Positions 13,770 to 24,699 of a DNA stretch of 64,000 nucleotides are shown here, one piece after another. The first letter of the stretch is position 1. Each line of letters begins with the position of its first letter. A program made the position numbers and the translations under genes. The notes beneath the pieces are model-generated. The model ran no database searches. It saw nothing but the letters and a program-made list of their open reading frames with translations, and had not been told where the DNA came from. The stretch spans positions 15,314,001 to 15,378,000 of the forward strand of contig NC_042999.1 of NCBI RefSeq assembly GCF_006345805.1, read 5' to 3'. This stretch comes from Octopus sinensis (lineage: Eukaryota).

Positions 13770-14450
13770 TCATCATCAATTTTATGTCCTTCTGTCCATG
13801 CCTGCATAGGTTTGATGAGTTGCAAAACACATCATCCCACTACATGTAGAGCTCCTTTGCTATCTCTTGAGTGAAGTTCAGCTTCCTGAGATCAGCCTTC
13901 ACCTCCTCTGCCTGTATCTACCTTAGTCTTCCTCTTCATTGGTTCCTTCTACATGAATCTCCTTGCACATCTTCACCTGCTGCCTGTCATCTTCTACTGA
14001 TTTACATGTCCATACGACTTAGGTTTCACTCCTGCGTATTACCCCTTAATCATCTTCTACCCATTTTCCCCTCCCAGCCAATCTATACCTTATCAGTCAT
14101 ACAGTCACACTGCATGTCTAGGGGATCATGCTTGGTTTGTGTTTTTCCACATCTTTGTACATCTCCTGCCTCCAGTACCCACATATCACTACCATGCCAT
14201 ACTGAAGTTCATACACACACCTCATACAATCTACCCTTGTTGTATGAGGTATGTCTATGAATATCCCCTAATTTTCAACAGAGGAAATCTCTGAACTCTT
14301 CCCATTCTATTCTAATTTTTGCCACAATACTTTCAATACAATCTCCACCACATCTGATTGGGTCACCTAGGTAACAGAAGCTCTAAATTACTTCCATAGA
14401 GCCCTGAGCCCTCTGAGCCCCATAAGGGTACATTTACTGGTGTACTGTAG
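13770..14450 (-). mobile_element. Old RTE-like LINE remnant
   Basis: (cat)n tail with a degenerate tccatgcctgcataggtt signature. Minus-strand remnants resemble F.YLGD.I (14350-14390) and the RLRW/GRPR region. Confidence 0.45.
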
Positions 14451-15029
14451 GCTCATTACTCTAGTACAGGGAAATCCTCTCTCCACAGTCAACCTACCTT
14501 TCATTTCATTTCACTTCTGTGCACGCATACATCACATAAGGTACTCTGTATGGAATTTCTACTGTACACCTTTTCTCATATTGCATATAGCCATTCTCCT
14601 ATACACACACCTATCCCTCTATGTGTCTATCTAGCTATTCCTCTGTCTGTTCGTCTAAGTATGAGGGTTTTCTTTCAGTTTCTGCCTGCTGAATCCACCC
14701 ACAAGGCTTTGGCTAGCACAGGAATATAGTTGAGAACATTTGCACAAGATGCCATGTAGAAACTGAACTTGAAAGCATGTGGTTGGGAAGGAAGCTTCTT
14801 CAACACACAACAATGTTTACATACATACACAGCCTTACACACACACATACATACACAGCCATACATACATACACAGCCATACATACATCAGCCATAAATG
14901 CATACATACATACATGCACACACAGCCATACATGCATACACACAGCCACACATACATACATACATACATACATAAACAGCCACACATACATACATACAGA
15001 GCCACACATACATACATACATAGCCACTC

Positions 15030-15655
15030 ATAATAAAAAGGAGTACTGATGGAATGTCCCAGTGAGAATCTCAATAAAATGCAAGCACAAAATACCTGAT
15101 ATAATGATTTGGGATAGAGAAGAGAAACTGTGTACAGATGTGGAAATCAGCTGCCCAGTGGATGTTAACATAAAGCTGAAGATCAGTGGAAATGAGAATA
15201 CCTACGCTGAGCTATTGAGAAATCTGCAGTTACTCTATCCAGATTACGAATTCAGGTTTATACCTGTAATTAATGGGGCCCTGAGATATATAATACACTG
15301 CCTAAATATCAATTCTGAGAAATTAGGCTTCTTAAAACCAGAAAGGAGAAAGCTAATTCGAAGGCTACAGATCCAATCCATCGTTGGAACTGTAAAAATC
15401 TGTAAAACTTACCGAAGTTTATCATTTAAATATATATGAGCATGTCTAGATATGCAACTATATGCATGAGAATATATACATAAAACATAGAAATATGCAC
15501 ATATACATGCATAGATACATATGTACATACATACAAACAAAAATACCCTGTTGTTGATGTTGAAATTTCAATGAAGGAGCCTTGGATGTTGGTTAGAAAT
15601 TGGCTCTTTCTCTATCGGCAAGAAATCTTGAAATAAAACTGAATAATGACATAAA
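15030..15655 (+). mobile_element. 5'-truncated non-LTR retrotransposon with restriction-like endonuclease (R4/Dong-like)
   Basis: ORF 15062-15439: KHKIPDIMIWDREEKLCTDVEISCPVDVNIKLK...YAELLRNLQLLYPDYEFRFIPVINGAL, a PD..(D/E) RLE signature. It abuts a (CATA)n tract. Confidence 0.8.
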
Positions 15656-15885
15656 TACATGATCCAAGGATAAAGGTGTAGAATGTTAGTGAGCTTCAAG
15701 CAATCTATAGATATAAAAAACATCTTTCAAGAACAATAGTTTTTTATTGGCATACAAGGTTGCAAATTTTTCCTGTATTGAAGTACAATAAACTGAAAAA
15801 AAATTAATTTTATGGTTCACAGCTAGCAACAGGGGTTGTTTTAGATGTGAATAAACATTAAAAATTAAGGAAATGGAGTTGATAA

Positions 15886-15981
15886 ATCCAGGCTACATGT
15901 GTTTCATAGCTAACAGAACCCCAGAATTAGTAAATTATCCAGACGAGGGGTTGACCGCAAGGTACTCTTCAGGCCAAGGAT
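15886..15981 (-). ncRNA. Type I hammerhead ribozyme motif with extended stem II, second family
   Basis: Reverse complement: atccttggc-CTGAAGA-gta ccttgcggtcaacccc...ggggttctgttagc tat-GAAA-cacatg-TA-gcctggat. Stem I is atcc/ggat plus ggc/gcc, stem II is 60 nt with aacccc/ggggtt, and the triplet is GUA. Confidence 0.68.
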
Positions 15982-16179
15982 ACCTTCATTATATAAAACT
16001 TACATTGTCGTTGGAAGATTCCATGTTAACCCGTTGGAGATCTAATTGAATCGAATTGGGATTTGATTGAATCAGATTTCCACTGGCTTGAGGAAAGGCC
16101 CTCATTAGGGACTTTGAAATTTTAAGTAATACAGAAATCCTAATCAAACTGTTTTGAACTATATATATATATATATATA

Positions 16180-16680
16180 TCATCATCATCGTTTAACGTC
16201 TGCTTTCCATGCTAGCATGGGTTGGACGATTTGACTGAGGACTGGTGAACCAGATGGCTGCACCAGGCTCCAATCTTGATCTAGCAGTTTCTAAAGCTGG
16301 ATACCCTTCCTAATGTCAACCACTCCAAGAGTGTACTGGGTGCTTTTACATTTCACTGGCACGAGGGCCAGTCAGGCGGTACTGACAATGGTCATAGAAA
16401 ATCGTGTTTTAATTCAATGTCACCGGCACGAGTGCCAGTAAGGCGATGCTGGTAATGATCGTGCTTGAATGGTGCTTTTTATGTGCCACCGGCACGAACG
16501 CTAGTTAGCCGCTCTGGCAGTGATCATGCTCAGATGGTGCTCTTAGTGCTCCACTAGCATGGATGCCAGTCATCAAATTTGATTTCAATTCTGATTTCAC
16601 TTGCCTCAACAGGTCTTCGCAAGCAGTGTCCAATGAAAGGAAGGTACGCATAAGTGGGCTGGTTACACCCCTGGCTTAGG
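16180..16680 (-). mobile_element. RTE 3'-end copy
   Basis: (cat)n cgtttaacgtc...gctagcatgggttggac family signature with repeated tgtgccaccggcac modules. Confidence 0.8.
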
Positions 16681-18824
16681 CATATATATATTATCATCAT
16701 TCTCATCATCATGTCTACTTTTCCATGCTCACATGATGGGCCAAATGAAATCTGTTGAGGCCAATTTCCTATGGCTGGATACTCTTCCTGTTGCCAACAC
16801 TCACCTTTTTCTAAGTCATATTTTTCCATGACAAAACATATTTTCATGGAAAAGTGGAAACAAAGGACACAGCTTGCATGATGATGACACGTGCTTACAA
16901 CTATCATGCCTGAGGCTTGAGCAGAAGACACTTGCCCAAGGTGCCACGCAGTGGGACTGAACCTAGAACCATATGGTAGGGAAGAAAGCTTCTTAGCACA
17001 CAGCCATGCCTGCACCTGTATGCATATAGTAACATGCATACATGCACACACATACATTAATGTACATATGTCCCACCACACGCCTATATAATGAGCATCT
17101 TTCAGTTTCCATCTGCCAAATGCACTCAGAGCTTTGGTTGACTTGGGGCTGTAGCAGGTGACACTTCTCCAAAGTGTCATGCAATGAGACTCACCTCAAA
17201 ACTATATAGTTGTAAGGAATTAAAATTGTTAGTTTTCTAGTGATTTAAATCACTATTTCTCACAGTAACTGAAAGACAAAGGGTGCATTTTTTTCCAGTG
17301 GAAAAACAGTCATCTCTAAAACTCAATTATTTTCCTGTTTACTGAAGAAAACAATAAAATATTTTCACATCTGCTACCCTGACAACAAAAGGCTTTCAAA
17401 TAAGAAAAAAAACAATAGATTTATCCGCATGTAATCACGTTTGAAAGAAAAAAAGATTTCCTGAAATTAAAAATTAGCAATTAAAAAAGATAAAATACCC
17501 TTTACAAGAAACTGATTAACACAGATCTGGAAGGAAAGATTTTCTGTAAGCACTGCCATTGTTTTTCAGCTCTTCAAACATGTTTACTCTTACTCTTTAC
17601 TTGTTTCAGTCATTTGACTGTGGCCATGCTGGAGCACCCGCTTCAGTCAAACAAATCGACCTCCAAGACTTATACTTTGTAAGCCTAGTGCTTATTCTAT
17701 TGGTTCTTTTTGCCGAACCTCTAAGTTACAGGGACGTAAACACACCAGCATCGGTTGTCAAGCGATGTTGGGGGGGACCAACACAGACACACAAACATAT
17801 ACACACACATACACATATATACAGTATATACATATATATGATGAGCTTCTTTCAGTTTCCATCTACCAAATCCACTCACAAGGCTTTGGTCGGCCCAAGG
17901 CTATAGCAGAAGGCACTTGCCCAAGGTGCCACACAGTGGGAATGAACCCAGAACTATATGGTTGGTAAGCAAGCTACTTACCACAGAGCCACTCCTATGC
18001 CTATGTTTACATACATTCATATGTATTTTTTATCTTTTATATTTCACTTGTTTCAGTCATTTGGCTGTGGCCATGCTGGAGCACTGTCTTGAAGAATTTT
18101 TAGTCGAATGACTCAAACCCAGTACTCATTGTCTTGTTAAGCCTTGCGCTTATTCTGTCATTCTCTTTCGCTGAACTGCTAAGTTACAGGGACATAAACA
18201 AACTAACATTAGTTGTCGAGCAGTGATGGGGAACAAGCACACACACACATATATGTATGTATATGATGGGCTTCTTTTAGTTTCCATTTACCAAATCCAC
18301 TGACAAAGCTTTGGTCGGCTGGAGGCTTTAGTAGAACACATTTGCCCAAGGTGCTATGCAGTGGGACTGAACCTGCAGCACCATGGTTGGGAAGCTAGCT
18401 TCTACTACACAGCCTAACTTGGTACATGCAAAATCATATTCATCAAAATTTAAAATTTGTTTTCCATGCTGGCAAGGGTTGGGCAGTTTGACAGGAACTG
18501 ATGAACCAGAGAGGGCTGCACTGAGCTCCAGTGTCTGTTCTTTATGGCTGGATGCCCATTCTAATGTTGACATAATGTACTAGATGCTCTGTAGTGATGG
18601 GGGCGGGTTAGACAAACACACACACACACACACGTACATACATACATACATACATATGAAGAGCTTCTTTCAGTTTCTGTCTACCAAATCTACTCAGAAA
18701 GCTTTGGTCAGCTTGGGGCTATAGTAAAGACACTTGCCCAAGGTGCCACACAGTGGGACTGAGCCCAGAATCATGTGGTTGGGAAGCTAACTTCTTACCG
18801 CACAACCACTCCTGCACCTCACCA

Positions 18825-19244
18825 TTAAGGCCCAGCTCTGGTGGGTCGGACATGTAGTCCGAATGGACGACGCGCATCTACCGAAGATGATCTTCTTCTC
18901 TGAGCTGGCTTCTGGAGCAAGAAACCCAGGAAGGCCACTGATGCGATACTAGGATAGCCTGAAGACCTCCCTTGATGCCTGTGGCATTTCAGCTCATGGC
19001 TGGGAATCACTTGCCTCTGCCTGCGGCGCCTGGTATCCAGCTGTCCAAAAGGATGTTAGGTTGTTCAAGGAAAAGTGCCTCAAGAGCCTGGACCAGAAGC
19101 GACAAGCCCGAAAAGAGAGGATCCCCAACCTTACTTCTGCTGTTACATGCCCAACATGTGGCCGCGTCTGCATATCTGCCTTTGGGTTACGCTCACACCT
19201 CCGGTGTCACTGACTTCATCGTTGAACCCCAACAGACTTCCATT

Positions 19245-19245
<1 letters not shown>
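18825..19245 (+). mobile_element. 5'-truncated RTE-type LINE of a different family, with a C-terminal zinc finger
   Basis: Frameshifted KAQLWWVGHVVRMDD...LDQKRQARKERIPNLTSAVTCPTCGRVCISAFGLRSHLRCH*. Confidence 0.8.
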
Positions 19246-19281
<36 letters not shown>

Positions 19282-19503
19282 ATATAAAGTGTGTGTATGT
19301 GTTGTCCATCATGTGTATGTGTGTATTTAAATTTATTTGTTCAAAGCTACTTTGCTACTTTTACTCCAAATATACCAATATGTACTCTATTTATATTATT
19401 AGAGATTTTACACATCAAGGAACTGAGTCATGAAATAAAAGTTTTTACTTTGAACTATATAGTACATAAACTGTAGTCTTTTAATGTTATTTGTACATCA
19501 AAG

Positions 19504-19529
<26 letters not shown>

Positions 19530-19550
<21 letters not shown>

Positions 19551-19965
19551 GGGATAGAAAAGAAAAGTCAGCTACAGTGATAGAGGTTAGCTGCCCTGCA
19601 GACATGTACACCTCCTTTAAAATCAGAAACAAAATTTATGGACAACTGCTTTGAAACCTGCAGTTTGTTTACTCTGATCATAAATTCATGTTTATACTAA
19701 TAATTATAAGTACACTTGTTCATGTTAGTAAATAACTAAGTGACAATCAGAAAAGGCTAGGATTTTCAAGCAAAATAAGAGACTAGCTAACACATAGTTT
19801 ACTGATGTAGCCAGTAAGTGGAATAATAAATGTGCAATACTTGCCTATGGTTCAATATGAAACAATTGCTATTATTGTTATCCAAATTAGTGATGATGGA
19901 GTTTCTGTTTCTTAGTTAGAAAATAGTTCCTTCTTTTTAGGAGTAATTCTCATAAATGAAAGAAT

Positions 19966-20001
<36 letters not shown>

Positions 20002-20545
20002 CACACACACACACACATATATATATCTCTTTCCTGAGCGCCTAATAATAATACTTTAATTGTTCCACGTGTTGTTGTTTTTTCTGTTTTCCCGTTTGGA
20101 TTAACCTTATATATATATATATATATATATGGGATAGAAAAGAAAAGTCAGCTACAGTGATAGAGGTTAGCTGCCCTGCAGACATGTACACCTCCTTTAA
20201 AATCAGAAACAAAATTTATGGACAACTGCTTTGAAACCTGCAGTTTGTTTACTCTGATCATAAATTCATGTTTATACTAATAATTATAAGTACACTTGTT
20301 CATGTTAGTAAATAACTAAGTGACAATCAGAAAAGGCTAGGATTTTCAAGCAAAATAAGAGACTAGCTAACACATAGTTTACTGATGTAGCCAGTAAGTG
20401 GAATAATAAATGTGCAATACTTGCCTATGGTTCAATATGAAACAATTGCTATTATTGTTATCCAAATTAGTGATGATGGAGTTTCTGTTTCTTAGTTAGA
20501 AAATAGTTCCTTCTTTTTAGGAGTAATTCTCATAAATGAAAGAAT

Positions 20546-20605
<60 letters not shown>

Positions 20606-20700
20606 CTCTTTCCTGAGCGCCTAATAATAATACTTTAATTGTTCCACGTGTTGTTGTTTTTTCTGTTTTCCCGTTTGGATTAACCTTATATATATATATA
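19530..20700. repeat. Tandem duplication of 580 bp
   Basis: gggatagaaaagaaaagtcagc at 19551 and 20131. The copies are essentially identical apart from (CA)n length. Confidence 0.95.
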
Positions 20701-20711
20701 TATATATATAC

Positions 20712-21096
20712 AGGTGCAGGAGTGGCTGTGTGGTAAGTAGCTTGCTTACAAATCACATGGTTCTGGGTTCAGTCCCACTGCGTGGCACTTTGGGCAAATG
20801 TCTTCTATTATAGCCTCAGGCCGACCAAAGCCTTGTGAGTGGATTTGGTAGATGGAAACTGAAAGAAGCCTGTTGTATATACGTATGTTTGTGTGTCTGT
20901 GTTTGTCCCCCTAGCATCGCTTGACAACCGATGATGGTGTCTTTACATCCCCGTAACTTAGCAGTTCGACAAAAGAGACTGATAGAATAAGTACTAGGCT
21001 TACAAAGAATAAGTCCAGGGGTCGATTTGCTTGACTAAAGGCAGTGCTCCAGCATGGCCACAGCCAAATGACTGAAACGCGTAAAAGAGTAAAGAG
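20712..21096 (+). mobile_element. SINE family B, full length (tRNA-type head, internal microsatellite, aaagagt tail)
   Basis: ggtgcaggagtggctgtgtggtaag...gggttcagtcccactgcgtggcac.ttgggcaa...gcatggccacag..aaatgactgaaac. Minus-strand copies at 17586-18000, 18045-18420, 21587-22205, 30712-31500, 35263-36645, 37990-38405, 50957-51352 and 57968-58332. Confidence 0.88.
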
Positions 21097-21816
21097 TATC
21101 ATAGAATCTCATGTGATTTCAGGCTGGTTGACATCAAAAGGATTAACTCTTTTGTTATCATATTTCTGTTGAAATACAGAATTTTGTTTCAATCAATTTA
21201 GAAAATACTGAAGGATTTAGTAAAATAACTGTTATTAAGCTGGTGTTTAGAGCATAAATTTGTTTCAAATTTTAGCACAAGGCCAGCAAGTTTAGGGGTG
21301 AAGTGTAAATTGATCACATCAATCCCAGTGTGCGACTGGTGCTTATTTTATCAACTCCAAAAGGATGAAAGTCAAAGTCAACCTCAGCAGAATTTAAACA
21401 CAGAATGCAAAGACAGATGAAATGCTGCTAAACATTTTATCCAGCGTGTTATTTGATTCTGCCCACTTGCTGCCTTTATTTGTTTGGAACATAAAATTAC
21501 TATAGAATTTTGATGCATCATTTTAAAGAGACAAGTTTGTATCAAAGAATCTGGGATGATCTCAGCCAGGTTGCTATCAAAAGGGTTACTCTTTTACTCT
21601 TGTTTCAGTCATTTCACTGTGGCCATGCTGGAGCACCACCTTTAGTTGAGCAAATTGACCCCCAAGACTTATTCTTTGTAAGCCTAGTACTTATTCTAGT
21701 GGTCACTTTTGCTGAACTGCTAAGTTACGAGGACATAAACTCACCAGCATCGGTTGTCAAGTGATGTTGGGTGGGGTGGGGAACAAACAAACACACACAC
21801 ATATATATATATATAT

Positions 21817-22012
21817 CATGGCAGTCGCCATGATTGATCGTTAGCCACTACACACATTTTTTTCTCTCCTTGTTTTTTCTGTGTCCCTTTCTGTAGAAGA
21901 GCGTAGACTCGAAACGTAAAAGACTTTTTCTATTCCTAAGCGTTATACTAATACATCTGTTTGTTTTGTACACCACCTGTCTTCGTCTTTTGTTTTTTTT
22001 CGTAAACTCTCC
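21817..22012 (+). mobile_element. Short (TA)n-embedded Penelope-like fragment with a minimal hammerhead variant
   Basis: cttt-CTGTAGA-agagcgtagactc-GAAACGTA-aaag at 21887-21922. It is flanked by (TA)n inside a SINE. Confidence 0.5.
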
Positions 22013-23115
22013 CTATATATATATATATACACATCGATATATATGATGGGCTTCTTTCAGTTTCCGTCTACCAAATCCAATCACAAGGCTTTGATCGGCT
22101 CGAGGCTATAGTAGAAAACACTTGCCCAAGGTGCTACGCAATGGGACTGAACCTGGAACCATATAGTTCGTAAGCAAGCTACTTACCACACAGCCACTCC
22201 TACACCTATAAATATGTTTTACTTAAAAGCAAAGGTTCTCAGTGATTAGTTGCAAAGACATTTTTGGTGCCCGTCCATAATTAACTCTTGATAAATCCAG
22301 CTAATTAAAGAGTATAATAAGCCAAAGGAAATTTTGTATAGTACTTGAAAGTGGGGGGGTTCACGCCTCCTCCTCCTCTTGCTTTTCTCCTGCTGATATA
22401 AGTTGTTTTGTAAACTTATTTAACTAACTGAAATAAGTGTCTGATGAATGCCGCTTCGCATTATTATTATTATTATTGAATATGATCGACATCAGTTCTG
22501 TTTGCGTTTATAGCTCGCCTAATTTTTATACCTTGTGGTGAGTAGATAGGTCAGCTTATGTGGCTAGCATAGGTCTCGGTCTGATTTTTAAGCCAAACAT
22601 TTTTGTGGTCATTTATCTGCCAGACTGAATAATATACTGGAATTTATGGCAGCCGGTATAGCCAAAAGTAAACATTGTTAGCAGAGATGAAGTAAATGAT
22701 GTTTTGTCTGATGAGAAGGCAAGTAACAATTTAACATAAAGTAATGAACAGCTTCAAAGCAATCATCAATCAGTTTGTTTTAAGAGCAATCAAATAAATT
22801 CACCATCAACAATTTATCAAATGTTCCAAAATATATAAAAGAGAAGAGAAGACAGAAAAACGAAATATCATTTTATTTGTTTCATTTCATTTCCCCCACA
22901 CTCCTTTTCACAGAAATTTCAAAGGTGTGTTCACATCATCATCATCGTCGTCGTCGTCATCATAGTCATCATCATCATCATCATCATCATCATTGACATT
23001 TGCTCTTTATTAAGAAAAACATTAAACTTTCAAAGCTGCAGGGAGATGAGACAATCCCCCTCGTAGCTGCTAGTTTGTACATTTGTAATGATCTCTGAAA
23101 GATCAAATTTCCATC

Positions 23116-23148
<33 letters not shown>

Positions 23149-23892
23149 TAACACACGAATGCACACACTCACACACACGTACATATATACATACATACAT
23201 ACATATATATATCTATATATACATATATATGTGTGTGTATAAATACATATATATATATTATATATATATATATACACACACAGATACATGGTATGTATGT
23301 GTACATATGTATACAAACATATACACATACATATGTATATACATTTATAGATATGCATACACACATATATTTATATGCATATACTTACATATATATATAA
23401 ATGCAAATATATGTGTGTGAGTGTGTGTATATGTGTGTATGTATGTATGTATATATATGTATGTATGTACATATATGTATGTATATTTTTAGGTAGATTT
23501 ATTCATTGGTGTGCAAGGATTTGAGTTTGATATTAAAAATGATGTTGATAATTGCAAGATTGTTTTTCTTTTTTTTTTTTTCATTGAATTAGAACTCTTG
23601 TGAATATATACTGACTGTAATAACAAGAAAAAATACAAAACTCAACAGAAATGCAATATTCAAAGACATTGTAATCCTTTCCAGAATGTTCTTTGTTATT
23701 ATCATTTTTAATTTTTTTTTTTTAGCAAAATGGAATTATATGATCATTGATTTGGTGAGTTTAAATTAAAGGATAAAAAATTGAAAATTGCTTGTATTTG
23801 TATGTTGTAAAATAAAACAGAGATAAAAGATAAATGAAAGTAGAAACCCTTTGGTGTGTATGTGTACACACACAATCATACACACACACACT

Positions 23893-23899
23893 CATAATG

Positions 23900-23930
<31 letters not shown>

Positions 23931-24660
23931 AAACATATTTATATACATATTTATATATTTATATATATATAAACATGTATATATATTTATATATATAAAC
24001 ATGTATATATATTTATATATATAAACATGTATATATATGTATATATATATATATTTATATAAACATGTTATATAATATTTATATATATATATATTTATAT
24101 AAACATGTATATACATATTTATATAAACATGTATATACATATTTATATAAACATGTATATACATATTTATATAAACATGTATATATATATTTATATAAAC
24201 ATGTATATATATATATTTATATATATAAACAGGTATATATATTTATATGAACAGGTATACATATTTATATGTAAACAGGTATACATATTTATATGTAAAC
24301 AGGTATATATATTTATATATAAACATGTATATATGTTTATATATAAACATACATATATATTTATATATAAACATACATATATATATATAAATATATATAC
24401 ATACATATATATATATATAAATATATATATATACAAACATAATAATATATATATAATATATATACACATATATATATATATATAAATATATACATATAAT
24501 ATATATATATAAATATATATAAATACATATATATATAAAATATAAATACATATATATATATATAAATATATATAAATATATATACATATATACATACATA
24601 TATATATGCATATATACATATATATACATACATATAAAAACTTACATATACACACATATA
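23893..24660. repeat. (TA)n-rich compound microsatellite with a 24-bp higher-order unit
   Basis: Repeats of tatttatataaacatgtatataca within TA tracts. Confidence 0.9.
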
Positions 24661-24699
24661 TTGCAGAAAAATAAAAGAAATACAACATATGCATATGTA

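Noticed and set aside
22438-22470. Hammerhead at ctgatga-atgc..gcat
   Set aside because: There is no GAAA after the stem and no stem I or III.
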